Positions 46,361 to 55,973 of a DNA stretch of 64,000 bases are shown piece by piece (the stretch's first letter is position 1; every line of letters starts with the position of its first letter). Location of the stretch: NCBI GenBank assembly GCA_044450385.1, contig JBIOIZ010000002.1, forward strand, positions 15,393-79,392. Direction: 5' to 3'. The translations under genes were made by a program, and so were the position numbers. The notes under the pieces were generated by a model, which saw only the letters and a list, made by a program, of their open reading frames with translations, was not told the DNA's origin and did no database searches. This stretch comes from Candidatus Dormibacteria bacterium. Lineage in GTDB: Bacteria > Chloroflexota > Dormibacteria > Aeolococcales > Aeolococcaceae.

Positions 46361-47086
46361 GTGACCACACCAACCCCTGGAGAGCCGAACCGAGTTCTCG
46401 TCGTTGACGATGAGCATGCCATCACCGATCTTGTGGCGATGGCCCTCAAGTACGAGGGTTTCTCGGTGCAGACCGCCGGCACCGCAAAGCAGGCCCGTCA
46501 CGCGGTGATGGACTTCCGCCCGGACCTGATGATCCTGGACGTCGGACTGCCGGACGACGACGGCTTCACGCTCGTGCAGCGTCTGATCACCGACGGCATC
46601 AAGGTCCCGGTGATCTTCCTCACCGCCCGGGACGCCACCGAGGAAAAGGTCCACGGGCTGACCATCGGTGGCGACGACTACGTGACCAAGCCCTTCAGCA
46701 TCGAGGAGCTGGTCGCGCGGATCCGTGTCGTGCTCCGTCGCCACAATCCAGACGGCGCGGCGGCGAACGGCAAGCTCGTCCTCCACGACCTGGAGCTGGA
46801 TGACGAGACGCATGAGGTCTTCCGCGCCGGGGAGCCGGTGGAATTGACGCGCACCGAGTTCCGACTGCTGCGCTATTTGATGATGAACACGGGCCGCGTG
46901 CTGTCGCGCTCGCAGATCCTCGATCACGTCTGGGACTACGACTTCGGTGGCGACGCCAGCGTGCTCGAGACGTACATCAGCTACCTCCGCCGCAAGGTCG
47001 ACAACGTCGACCCGCCGCTCATTCACACGGTCCGCGGGATCGGCTACGTCATTCGCGTACCGCGCACCGCATCGGCGCATGCGTAA
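46361..47086 (+). CDS. OmpR-family response regulator
   Basis: GTG 46361. Receiver VLVVDDE...MILDVGLPDDDG...KP, and winged-helix LTRTEFRLLRYL...GIGYV. Confidence 0.9.
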   Translation: MTTPTPGEPNRVLVVDDEHAITDLVAMALKYEGFSVQTAGTAKQARHAVMDFRPDLMILDVGLPDDDGFTLVQRLITDGIKVPVIFLTARDATEEKVHGLTIGGDDYVTKPFSIEELVARIRVVLRRHNPDGAAANGKLVLHDLELDDETHEVFRAGEPVELTRTEFRLLRYLMMNTGRVLSRSQILDHVWDYDFGGDASVLETYISYLRRKVDNVDPPLIHTVRGIGYVIRVPRTASAHA

Positions 47087-47116
47087 GCGGCGCGGGCGAT
47101 GTTCTCAGGACGATAG

Positions 47117-48514
47117 ATGTCTCTCCGACTCCGGCTGCTGCTGACCCTGGCGCCGCTGTTCATCCTCGGACTCGCGGCCGCCGACGCCGGGACGTACGTG
47201 GCGTTGCAGAGTTCGCTGCTTCAGAACGTCGACAATCAGCTGGTCGCACTCCACGACGGTGCGGAGAACGCCCTCGGGCACTCGGGGCCACCTGGGCAGT
47301 TCGACAACGGCGGAGGCAGCGGCCAACTACCCCCAGGCACATATGGCGAGCTCGTCAGCGCATCCGGGGCTCTGAGCGGCGGCGGCCTGTACGGCGGCTA
47401 CGTCCAGCCAACGCCATCGCATCCTGTGTTGCCCGCAACGATCTACAAAGACGCGAGCACGACGCTGCTGACGGTTCCCGGAGTCGGAACGTGGGATTCG
47501 TACCGAGTCCTCGTCACCCCGGACTCGACTCAGCCCGGCACTGATGTGGTGGTCGCGATCCCGCTCGACGGCGTCAACACCACCCTGGGCACGCTCCTGC
47601 TCTTCGAGATCGCCATCAGCGGCGGCATCACGATTGTCGTCCTGGTCGTCACGTGGTTGCTGGTTCGTCGAGGGATGCGTCCGCTCGAACGCATGGGTGC
47701 CACCGCGCGGTCGATCGCCGCAGGCAACCTCGGTCGTCGGGTATCGCCGTCCAATGAGCGCACTGAAGTCGGCCAGCTCGGCCTCGCCCTGAACGGAATG
47801 TTGAGCCAGATCGAGCGAGCGTTCGCCGAGCGCGACGTCACCGAGCAGAAGTTGCGCCACTTCGTCTCCGATGCCTCACACGAGTTGCGCACGCCGCTCA
47901 CGTCGATGCGCGGCTACGCGGAGCTGCTGCAACGAAACCCGGACATGACCCGTGACGATGTCCTGCTCGCGGTCCGTCGCATCGAGGACGAGACCCGGCG
48001 CATGGGGCTGCTGGTCGACGACCTGCTCCTGCTCGCGAGACTGGACCAGGGACGTCCCCTGGACCGGGCACCGGTCGATCTCACCTCGATGGTCAACGAC
48101 GCCGTGAGTGACGCCCGCGCCGCCGACCCGGGGCGCTCTGTCAGCGCCCGGATCGAGGCGCCGATCGTGGTCACCGGCGACGACCTGCGCCTTCGCCAGG
48201 CTGTGGCCAACCTCGTCCGAAACGCGCTGGTGCACACGCCCGCAGGGAGTCCGGTGGAAGTTGCTCTGCATCCGGAGAACGAGCACGTTGAGATCGATGT
48301 CATCGACCACGGTCCGGGGGTGCCAACCGCGCAGCGCGAGCGGATCTTCGAGCGATTTCATCGTGCGGATCCGCTGCGCAGTCGCGACCAGGGCGGCAGC
48401 GGGCTGGGCCTGAGCATTGCGACGGCGGTCGTCACCGCGCATGGCGGAAGGATCAGCGTCACCGACACACCCGGCGGGGGCGCCACCTTCCGGATCGAGC
48501 TTCCGGCGGCGTGA
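47117..48514 (+). CDS. Sensor histidine kinase (HAMP-HisKA-HATPase)
   Basis: H-box FVSDASHELRTPLTS, N/G boxes including GGSGLGLSIA, and two TM segments with a periplasmic loop. Confidence 0.9.
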   Translation: MSLRLRLLLTLAPLFILGLAAADAGTYVALQSSLLQNVDNQLVALHDGAENALGHSGPPGQFDNGGGSGQLPPGTYGELVSASGALSGGGLYGGYVQPTPSHPVLPATIYKDASTTLLTVPGVGTWDSYRVLVTPDSTQPGTDVVVAIPLDGVNTTLGTLLLFEIAISGGITIVVLVVTWLLVRRGMRPLERMGATARSIAAGNLGRRVSPSNERTEVGQLGLALNGMLSQIERAFAERDVTEQKLRHFVSDASHELRTPLTSMRGYAELLQRNPDMTRDDVLLAVRRIEDETRRMGLLVDDLLLLARLDQGRPLDRAPVDLTSMVNDAVSDARAADPGRSVSARIEAPIVVTGDDLRLRQAVANLVRNALVHTPAGSPVEVALHPENEHVEIDVIDHGPGVPTAQRERIFERFHRADPLRSRDQGGSGLGLSIATAVVTAHGGRISVTDTPGGGATFRIELPAA

Positions 48515-48526
48515 GGACGGTCGCCG

Positions 48527-49114
48527 ATGTCTGATCAACTGCTCTGGTACACGACTCGCGGCGCGGGCGCTGTCAGTCTCGTGCTGCTGAGCGTGGTCGT
48601 CGTCCTCGGGCTGCTCGCACGCGTGCGCTTCGAGACGCGTGGCTGGCCGCGGTTTCTCAGTGCGGCTGTCCACCGTGATCTGGCGCTGATGACGCTCGTG
48701 TTCCTGCTCCTGCACATCGTCACGGCGGTGGTCGACCCGTTCACCCATCTTGGCCTCGTGGCCGCGCTCGTCCCCTTCGGCTCGTACTACCGCACGTTCT
48801 GGCTCGGCCTCGGGACGATCGCCTTTGAGCTACTCATCGCGATCGTCGCCACCAGCCTGCTCCGGAAGTACATCGGTGCTCGTGTGTGGCGGGCGATCCA
48901 CTGGCTCGCCTATGCGAGCTGGCCGGTTGCTGTGGTGCACGGCATCGGCACCGGCACCGACCGGACGGCTCTGTGGATGCTGGCCATCGATGCGGTGTGC
49001 GTCACCGCAGTTGGGGCGGCGCTCGTGTGGCGCCTGGTTGCGGCTCCCCTGGATCCGCTCGCCGACGAGCGCCGCCTTGCCGCGGAGCGCGCGTCATTCG
49101 GCACCGGTCGATGA
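48527..49114 (+). CDS. Ferric-reductase-like / MsrQ-like transmembrane protein (putative di-haem)
   Basis: 195 aa, multi-TM. Two His pairs in TM helices (AAVHRDL...LLLHIVTA and AIHWLAY...AVVHGIG). Confidence 0.65.
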   Translation: MSDQLLWYTTRGAGAVSLVLLSVVVVLGLLARVRFETRGWPRFLSAAVHRDLALMTLVFLLLHIVTAVVDPFTHLGLVAALVPFGSYYRTFWLGLGTIAFELLIAIVATSLLRKYIGARVWRAIHWLAYASWPVAVVHGIGTGTDRTALWMLAIDAVCVTAVGAALVWRLVAAPLDPLADERRLAAERASFGTGR

Positions 49115-50337
49115 GCATCGCGCTGCTGGCCGGCAAGCCCGCTGTCGAGGGGATGGAGCATCTCGCCGAGCACCGGCAACGTCTCGGCGCACTCCCGCCC
49201 CCGTCGTCCGCACTCATCGATGCGATCGAGCGAAGCACCCTGCGTGGCAAGGGCGGTGCCGGATTCCCGGTAGCCACCAAGTGGCGATCGGTTGCGTCGC
49301 AGCGGACGGGCACCCCGGTGGTCCTCGCCAACGGCGGCGAGGGCGAGCCCTTGAGCCAGAAGGACCGCATGCTCATGGCGCAGCGGCCGCACCTCGTCAT
49401 CGACGGCGCACTGCTGGGTGCCCATGCCGTCGGGGCGGACGAGGTCATCCTGTACATCGGCGCGGACCACGCCGGCGCGGTCCAGGCGATGCACCGGGCG
49501 GTCGGGGAACGTCCGGCCTCCGAGCGTGCCCGGCTTCGCCTTGTGAGTGCCCCGGTTCGCTACGTCTCCGGAGAGGAGACAGCGGCGGTGCATTTCGTCA
49601 ATGACGGGATCGCGCTCCCCACGTCGATCCCACCCCGTCCGTTCGAACGCGGAGTCGACGGCCGCCCCACACTCGTGCAGAACGTCGAGACGCTCGCGCA
49701 CGTCGCGTTGATCGCTCGCTTCGGCGATGAGTGGTTTCGCTCACTCGGCGAGGGCAAGGCGTCGGGGACCACGCTGGTCACCGTGGGTGGCGCTGTTCCG
49801 CAGAGCGTGCTGATCGAGATTCCACAGGGCATCGCCCTTGCCGATGCCGTCAACGCGGCCGGTGGCCTCACGTCCGACAGCGATGCGGTGCTCCTCGGCG
49901 GTTATTTCGGAGGGTGGGTCGACTCGGGCACCGCCTGGGGACTCCCTCTGGACGCCGATCCGTTGCGGCAGCGCGGCTACTCGCTCGGCTGCGGGGTGAT
50001 CGCCGTGCTTCCGTCGACCCGATGCGGTGTCATCGAGACCGCAAGAATCGTGTCGTATCTTGCGCACGAGAGCGCGCGACAGTGCGGACCGTGCACCTTC
50101 GGCTTGCGTGCCATCTCGGCGGCCACTGGCCGCATCGCCGGGCTCGCGCCGACCGCCGGTGACCTCGAGCATGTGCAGCGCTGGGCGGGACTGCTCGCCG
50201 GGCGCGGTGCGTGCCGGCACCCGGACGGGGCCGCTGGGCTGCTCGCCTCCGCACTGCGCGTCTTCGCGGACGAATTCCTGCTCCACGATGGCGAGCGGCG
50301 CTGCACAGTTGCGAGCGTCGCGGCGGCAGCGTCATGA
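49111..50337 (+). CDS. NuoF-like protein (NADH-ubiquinone oxidoreductase-F Fe-S binding region family)
   Basis: Trimmed to ATG 49111 (ATGA overlap). RGKGGAGFPVATKW, NGGEGEP, ESARQCGPCTFG. Confidence 0.75.
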   Translation: MSIALLAGKPAVEGMEHLAEHRQRLGALPPPSSALIDAIERSTLRGKGGAGFPVATKWRSVASQRTGTPVVLANGGEGEPLSQKDRMLMAQRPHLVIDGALLGAHAVGADEVILYIGADHAGAVQAMHRAVGERPASERARLRLVSAPVRYVSGEETAAVHFVNDGIALPTSIPPRPFERGVDGRPTLVQNVETLAHVALIARFGDEWFRSLGEGKASGTTLVTVGGAVPQSVLIEIPQGIALADAVNAAGGLTSDSDAVLLGGYFGGWVDSGTAWGLPLDADPLRQRGYSLGCGVIAVLPSTRCGVIETARIVSYLAHESARQCGPCTFGLRAISAATGRIAGLAPTAGDLEHVQRWAGLLAGRGACRHPDGAAGLLASALRVFADEFLLHDGERRCTVASVAAAAS

Positions 50338-50555
50338 GCGATCGCGTCGCGCTCGCCATCGATCGCATCAAGTGCGATGGTCATGGTGTGTGCGCCGATC
50401 TGGTCCCAGAGCTCATCGAGCTTGATGACTGGGGATACCCGATCATCCGTGCGGGTGCGATCCCGCCGTCGGTCGTGCCCCATGCGCGCCGGGCTGTCTC
50501 AGGCTGCCCAACGCTTGCTTTGCGCCTCCAGGCACTGGGCAATTCGCGCCGCTGA
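50334..50555 (+). CDS. Small ferredoxin
   Basis: ATGA overlap with the upstream gene. 73 aa. IKCDGHGVCADLVPELI...GCP pattern of single-cluster actinobacterial ferredoxins. Confidence 0.7.
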   Translation: MSDRVALAIDRIKCDGHGVCADLVPELIELDDWGYPIIRAGAIPPSVVPHARRAVSGCPTLALRLQALGNSRR

Positions 50556-50566
50556 CGTACGCCGCG

Positions 50567-51310
50567 TCAGCCGTGCTTCAGAAAGAGATCGAACTCCATC
50601 GTGGCCGTGTTGTCGACGGTGACGAAACCCCCGACGTTCGGCGCCTGCATGTTGAAGTCGCTCCAGGGAAACGAGGTCGACCCGGCCACCTCGATCTGCG
50701 AGCCTGAGAGCCGCGCTTTCACGGGAATCGTGACCGCCCTGGCCGTCCCATGGATGGTCAGCTTGCCCATCAACGACACCTGTATCTGAGCCCCTGACGT
50801 CGCTGTCGCGGGCAGGGTCACCGGCGATGACAGCACGAACGACGCTGTGGGGAATTGCGCGCTCTCGATGCCGAGGGTCTGGAGATGGCTGTCGCGCATC
50901 GACTGATCACTGGTCAGCGATTGCACGTCGACAGTGAACGATGCTGCACTGACCGTCAGTGCCGTCCCCGACCCCGTGATGGTCACGCGTCCAGTGATCT
51001 GCGAGGTCCGCCCCACGGCATCGCTTGGTGCCGAAAGAAACGCGAGCTGCTCGCGAACACGGTATCCGGCGACCGACTTCGAGGCAACGCTCCAGGTTCC
51101 CGGAATCGCAGTCGACGTGAGCGCCGGCGATTGCGTCGTGGCCGCCGGCGACGTCAGGGCCAGCGGCGCCGGCGCGGAATGGCTGAACAGCACGAAGTAG
51201 ACGAACAGCACGCCCGCGGCCCCGACTGCGACCACAGCCCCGAGTCCGGTGAGAAGCCAGGCGCGCACGCTTCGCGGACGATGGAATGAACGGGATTGGG
51301 TCTGGGGCAT
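50567..51310 (-). CDS. YceI family protein with an N-terminal membrane anchor
   Basis: AAGGAGG upstream of ATG 51310. YceI-like VDVQSLTSDQSMRDSHL and HGTARAVTIPV. Confidence 0.8.
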   Translation of the reverse strand: MPQTQSRSFHRPRSVRAWLLTGLGAVVAVGAAGVLFVYFVLFSHSAPAPLALTSPAATTQSPALTSTAIPGTWSVASKSVAGYRVREQLAFLSAPSDAVGRTSQITGRVTITGSGTALTVSAASFTVDVQSLTSDQSMRDSHLQTLGIESAQFPTASFVLSSPVTLPATATSGAQIQVSLMGKLTIHGTARAVTIPVKARLSGSQIEVAGSTSFPWSDFNMQAPNVGGFVTVDNTATMEFDLFLKHG

Positions 51311-51460
51311 CGGACCTCCTTGCCTCGGAACGGTAGTGGCGCCCGCTCAGAGACCAGCCCGAGATCCCTGTGAGTCCGCTCAGAGATCGCCGTGACCTCA
51401 CAGCCGCCTCCCAGCATCCTCAGGGCTGGTGTCAAGGAGCGGCCTGCAGGCTTTGATCTC

Positions 51461-52243
51461 ATGAACGATCTTCGCGGAACCGAGACCACACCGGTCCTGG
51501 ATATCGCACTTCCCGTGTACAACGAGGAGCGAGTCCTGGAGCGGAGCGTGCTCCAGCTGCACAACCACCTTCGCGCGGAGATCCCGTTCGCAGCGACGAT
51601 CACCATCATCGACAACGCGAGCGAGGACGGAACGCGCTTGATCGGCATGCGGCTCGCGAACGCACTTGACGGCGTGCGCTTCGTCCACCTGCCCCGGAAG
51701 GGCCGCGGCCGGGCACTGCGCAACGCGTGGACGGAGAGCGATGCGCGCGTTGTCGCGTACATGGATGTCGACCTCTCGACGCGACTCGGTGCGCTGACAA
51801 CGCTGATCGCCCCGATTCTCTCGGGCAGCTGTGACATTGCCATCGGCAGCCGGCTCACGACAGGCGCGCGCGTGGTTCGGAGTCCGCGACGTGAATTCAT
51901 CTCGCGCGGGTACAACCTTCTCCTCCGTACGCTGCTGCACACCCGCTTTCGCGACGCCCAGTGCGGGTTCAAGGCGATGCGGGCGCAGGTCGCGCACGAA
52001 CTGCTGCCGATCGTCCGGGATGAGGGGTGGTTCTTCGACACCGAACTGCTCGTCGCCGCGCAGCGTGCCGGCATGCGCATCCAGGAGGTTCCGGTGGAGT
52101 GGGTCGAGGACCCGGACTCGCGGGTCGACATACCGCGAACCATGCTGACCGATCTTCGCGGCGTGCTGCGGCTGCTCCGCGAGACACCGCCTGAACCTCA
52201 TGCCTTGCTTCCGCAACCGGCACATTCGCAGGAGCACTGGTGA
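51461..52243 (+). CDS. Family 2 glycosyltransferase (polyprenyl-phosphate sugar synthase-like)
   Basis: LDIALPVYNEE, IIDNASEDGT, DxD YMDVDLS. The start is ATG 51461 or GTG 51392. Confidence 0.8.
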   Translation: MNDLRGTETTPVLDIALPVYNEERVLERSVLQLHNHLRAEIPFAATITIIDNASEDGTRLIGMRLANALDGVRFVHLPRKGRGRALRNAWTESDARVVAYMDVDLSTRLGALTTLIAPILSGSCDIAIGSRLTTGARVVRSPRREFISRGYNLLLRTLLHTRFRDAQCGFKAMRAQVAHELLPIVRDEGWFFDTELLVAAQRAGMRIQEVPVEWVEDPDSRVDIPRTMLTDLRGVLRLLRETPPEPHALLPQPAHSQEHW

Positions 52244-52554
52244 TGCAGTCACCCAGGCGGCGAATCACAGTCAAGGAGCGCGACCGTGCGCTCCGCCTGC
52301 GAGGCAAGCTCACCGCGTCATTCGGTGTCATCGGGACCGCCGCCGTCGCAGTGCTGGCAGTTACCGCGGCGCACACCCATGCCGGAACATCGACGAACGC
52401 TGCATCGTCCTCGGCGGTCAAGGCGTCCACCACGACCACGCCGACGCCGACATCGTCATCCGCATCGAGCAGCACCGGCTCGTCGTCGCTCTCCACGGGA
52501 TCCGCGAGCACCGGAAGCTCATCCTCCGCGAGTACCGTCAGCGGCGGCTCATGA
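52243..52554 (+). CDS. Small membrane-anchored Ser/Thr-rich protein
   Basis: AGGAG lies 9 nt upstream of ATG 52243. Basic N-terminus, one TM segment, then about 60 aa of S/T/G/A low complexity. The start overlaps the GT2 stop and the stop overlaps the ApbE start. Confidence 0.5.
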   Translation: MQSPRRRITVKERDRALRLRGKLTASFGVIGTAAVAVLAVTAAHTHAGTSTNAASSSAVKASTTTTPTPTSSSASSSTGSSSLSTGSASTGSSSSASTVSGGS

Positions 52555-53486
52555 CTCTTGCCGTCTATCGAGGAACCGCATTCGGGACATCCATGCACGT
52601 GGTGGTGACCGACCCGGACAGCCTCGACGCGGCGACGGCGCGTGTCCAGGGGGTGGTCGATGCCATCGACCTTGCGTGCAGCCGGTTCCGGGACGACAGC
52701 GAGTTGAGCCGCCTGCAGGCAGGTGACGGACCGCGAGAGGGCGTCGTCTCGCCACTCCTGGCTCAGGCGCTCGCCACCGCGCTTCGAGCGGCGGAGCTGA
52801 CCGACGGCGCAGTCGATCCCACAGTCGGCGAGGCACTCCGCTCAGCCGGGTACGACGTCGACTTCGACGTGCTGCCCGCCGAAGGGGAGGCGCTGACACT
52901 TGCAGTCACGCGCGTGCCGGGATGGCGGCGGATCCGGCTCTTTCCAGCCACCCGGCGCGTGGAGATCGATGCCGGCGTCGAGGTCGATCTCGGGGCGACC
53001 GCGAAAGCGCTTGCCGCGGATCTCGCCGCCACAGCCGCACTCGAGGCGATGTCCACTGGCGGCGTCCTTGTGAGCCTGGGCGGCGACGTTTCCGTGGCGG
53101 GCGCCCCCCCGGAGGAGGGATGGCACATCCAGATCGCCGAGAACAGCCGGGCCGCAATCACCGCGGACGGAGAGACGATCGCCATACGTGCGGGCGGTGT
53201 CGCCACCTCGAGCACGACCGTGCGCCGCTGGCGGCGTGGCGGAGTCGAGCTGCATCACATCATCGACCCGGCGACCGGGCTCCCGGCCGCCGGCCCCTGG
53301 CGGACGGTCAGTGTCGTCGCCGGAAATTGCGTCGACGCCAATATCGCTGCCACGGCTGCGATCGTTCGGGGTGCGACGGCGGCAGCGTGGCTCCACGACG
53401 CCGGCCTTCCGGCGCGGCTGGTCGATACGAGCGGTGCAATGACCCGAGTCGGCGGCTGGCCCGAGCCGGGCGCTCAGTCGTCCTGA
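52551..53486 (+). CDS. apbE: FAD:protein FMN transferase (ApbE family)
   Basis: Trimmed to ATG 52551. AFGTSMHVVV, SRFRDDSELSRL, DLGATAKALAAD, GGVATSS. Confidence 0.8.
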   Translation: MTLAVYRGTAFGTSMHVVVTDPDSLDAATARVQGVVDAIDLACSRFRDDSELSRLQAGDGPREGVVSPLLAQALATALRAAELTDGAVDPTVGEALRSAGYDVDFDVLPAEGEALTLAVTRVPGWRRIRLFPATRRVEIDAGVEVDLGATAKALAADLAATAALEAMSTGGVLVSLGGDVSVAGAPPEEGWHIQIAENSRAAITADGETIAIRAGGVATSSTTVRRWRRGGVELHHIIDPATGLPAAGPWRTVSVVAGNCVDANIAATAAIVRGATAAAWLHDAGLPARLVDTSGAMTRVGGWPEPGAQSS

Positions 53487-54274
53487 GCGATCAGCATCTG
53501 GACCTGGCGCTGATACCGACGCGTGTCGTCATACACGCCATGGCTGGCGACGCTCGCATCTCCCTGGTAGTAGCCGGCGAGGGTGGCGGGGATGTCGGCC
53601 TCGTGCTTGGTCATCAAATGGCGCAGCAGCATCGCGCCGGCGACGACGTTGTCCTGCGCGCGCCAGATATCAAGGTGCGTCCCGGCCAGGTGACGCGACA
53701 CCCACTCGCCGGTGAAGGGTTCGAGCTGCATGATCCCCACGGCCCCAGTCGGTGAGACGCGTTCCTGACGCCACTCTGACTCCGCCCACGCGACACCCCG
53801 CAACAGGCGACCGTCGACGCCGACGTCTGCCGCAACAAAGCTCACCAGCGCATTCATCCGTGTCAGGCGTCCGGGCACGACCAGTTCGTCACCCTCGGCG
53901 ATCGGGGCGTTGACACCGATCCCGTTGGTACGAGCAAGCGCGGTCGGATCGACGCCGAATCGCCGAGCCGTCTCAAAGACGCCCTCACCGCGCCCGACCC
54001 GATAGGTCTCGGAGTCGTCTCCGCCTCGCGCATAGGCGGGGAGTGCCAGTGAGGCGTCGGGGATCCGAAGCATCTGGCCGACCCGGATGAGCTCCGGAGC
54101 CGCCATGCGATTTGCGTCGAGAAGCGCTGCAACGGTGGTCCCGTGGCGCACCGCGATGTCGGACGCGGTGTCGCCAGGACGCACCACGTACGAGGTCGCG
54201 AAAACAGCGGATGGAATTGTGGCCACCGCGGTGGCGCCGAGCGCAGCAGCGGCAAGACGAGACCTTGTCGGCAT
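53474..54274 (-). CDS. LysM-domain lytic transglycosylase (SLT domain)
   Basis: Trimmed to ATG 54274 after GAGGA. Signal peptide, two LysM repeats (YVVRPGDTASDIA..., YRVGRGEGVFETA...), and SLT motif AWAESEWRQ...GIMQL. Confidence 0.8.
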   Translation of the reverse strand: MPTRSRLAAAALGATAVATIPSAVFATSYVVRPGDTASDIAVRHGTTVAALLDANRMAAPELIRVGQMLRIPDASLALPAYARGGDDSETYRVGRGEGVFETARRFGVDPTALARTNGIGVNAPIAEGDELVVPGRLTRMNALVSFVAADVGVDGRLLRGVAWAESEWRQERVSPTGAVGIMQLEPFTGEWVSRHLAGTHLDIWRAQDNVVAGAMLLRHLMTKHEADIPATLAGYYQGDASVASHGVYDDTRRYQRQVQMLIAQDD

Positions 54275-54340
54275 TGGGTTCCTCGCGTTGTGGGACGTTG
54301 GGGGAGATGTGGGAACCGGCCGCGCGATCGCGGCCCAGGC

Positions 54341-54370
54341 AGCGTAGGCACAGTAGATCGCGCGCGTCAA
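54341..54370 (-). promoter_or_regulatory. Candidate sigma70-type promoter (TTGACG-18 nt-TACGCT)
   Basis: Pattern match only, about 65 nt upstream of the LysM-SLT start codon. Confidence 0.25.
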
Positions 54371-54466
54371 GCGTTGCAGGCAGCCGTAACGGTTTCGTCA
54401 CAACCAGGTCCCCTCCGTGTGAAGCGTCAGCGAGTCCGCCTGAGTGCTACGCTGCGATCGAAAGCC

Positions 54467-54820
54467 ATGCGACCCCCGAGCCTGCCGCGGACCTCGCTGC
54501 CGACCACGTTTCTGGCCGCTTCATGCGGCGCGGGCCTCGGCATCCTCACGTTCATCCTGAGCGCATGGCTGCACGCCGTCGGTGCGACTGGCGCCGCAGC
54601 GCTCCTCGCGGAGTCGGCGCTCCTCATCGCGCTGGCATGCGTGGCGGCGTTCGCGCTCTTTGACGGCAACACGCGGCTCCGGGGAGCCCGCGTGCCGATC
54701 AACCGGGCGCTGCCCCCCGCGTGGTGGCCCCGTGACCCGGACTCCGTCTCGCTGCTTGCGGCCTGCGTTGGCGGTCCGCTCGTGATCGGCGCCGGGGCGG
54801 CGGTGCTGCTCTTCCGCTGA
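54467..54820 (+). CDS. Hypothetical membrane protein
   Basis: 117 aa from ATG 54467. Three or four hydrophobic helices. No family recognised. Confidence 0.5.
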   Translation: MRPPSLPRTSLPTTFLAASCGAGLGILTFILSAWLHAVGATGAAALLAESALLIALACVAAFALFDGNTRLRGARVPINRALPPAWWPRDPDSVSLLAACVGGPLVIGAGAAVLLFR

Positions 54821-54835
54821 CCGCGCCGGCCGCGT

Positions 54836-55927
54836 TCAGCCGGTCAGTCGGGTGATCGCCCAGCGAGCGGCATCGCGAACGACCACATCCGGGTCGAGTT
54901 GCGCGCTTCGCCGGAGTGACGGCAGCGCGGCGTCATCTCCGGCGTTGCCGAGCGCGATCGCACAGTTGCGGGCAAGGCCGGCACGCCCGGTCCGCGACAC
55001 CGCCGTTCCGTTGAATCTTGTCGCGAACTCAGCGTCGGTGAGCTCGAGACACTCAATGAGATCCGGGTACGGCACGGGGCCGCCCGCGGTGGTCGCCATC
55101 CCCACGTCGAGCTGGTCGGGGGCGAGGCGGTGATTGATCGGGCATGCCTCCTGGCAGAGGTCGCAGCCGAATGCCCAGGTTCCCATCAGCGGGCGCAGAT
55201 CGGTCGGAATCGGGCCCCGATGCTCAACGGTGAGGTACGAGATGCAACGCCGGGCATCGATCACGCCGGGTGCCACGATCGCACCGGTGGGACACGCCGG
55301 AAGGCACGCCAGGCAGCGACCGCAGCCGCGCCTCGAGGGACCGTCAACCGGCAGAGGTAGCGACACAGCGATCGCGGCGAGGAGCACATAGGAGCCTGCA
55401 CCGGTGGTGATCACCGACGCGTGCTTCCCCGCAAATCCAATCCCGGCGCGCTCGGCGATGGCGCGGTCGAGTGCCCATCCGTGATCGACGAAACGCTTTG
55501 CTCTGACGCCGTGAACTCGTTCCTGCAGCCAGTCGACGAGGGCGTCGCACCGTTCTGCGAGCAGGTCGTGGTAATCGACGGCGCGACCGCCGTCCTCGGT
55601 GCACGCGTATGCCGAGAACCGTCCGCGGACAGTGCCCTCCGCAGCGGGGACCGGGTCTCGCACGGGAGCGGGTCGATATGGCCACGCCAGGGCGACGATC
55701 GATCGCGCCCACTGGTAGCGGCCTCCGATATCGGCAGACGCCTCTACGCGATTCCGCGTGTACCAGGACATCCCGTCCATTCGCCCCGCATCGATCGCCT
55801 CCAGTGCCCGAGTGCGCGCCTCGGCGAACGGACGCACCGAGGTGACGCCACATGCCGCGAATCCAAGTCCGCGCGCCTCGACGCTCAACGCATCCTTGAG
55901 CGCAGCCATATCGGTGGATTGGGCCAT
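54836..55927 (-). CDS. queG: tRNA epoxyqueuosine(34) reductase
   Basis: Trimmed to ATG 55927 after GAAGGAG. Two 4Fe-4S motifs (CGRCLACLPACPTGA, CDLCQEACP), ISYLTVEH, C-terminal HEAT-like repeat. Confidence 0.85.
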   Translation of the reverse strand: MAQSTDMAALKDALSVEARGLGFAACGVTSVRPFAEARTRALEAIDAGRMDGMSWYTRNRVEASADIGGRYQWARSIVALAWPYRPAPVRDPVPAAEGTVRGRFSAYACTEDGGRAVDYHDLLAERCDALVDWLQERVHGVRAKRFVDHGWALDRAIAERAGIGFAGKHASVITTGAGSYVLLAAIAVSLPLPVDGPSRRGCGRCLACLPACPTGAIVAPGVIDARRCISYLTVEHRGPIPTDLRPLMGTWAFGCDLCQEACPINHRLAPDQLDVGMATTAGGPVPYPDLIECLELTDAEFATRFNGTAVSRTGRAGLARNCAIALGNAGDDAALPSLRRSAQLDPDVVVRDAARWAITRLTG

Positions 55928-55973
55928 CTCCTTCGATGATGGTTGCACGGGCCGCACACCGTACGATCGAGGC

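Noticed and set aside
54275-54466. Second ydaO-like element upstream of the LysM-SLT gene
   Set aside because: It contains ACGGAGGGGACC followed by a hairpin, but no GGGGUGAAUC-like or CCCGACAGCUAAC-like elements. Most of it lies upstream of the best promoter-like match, so it is probably not transcribed with the gene.
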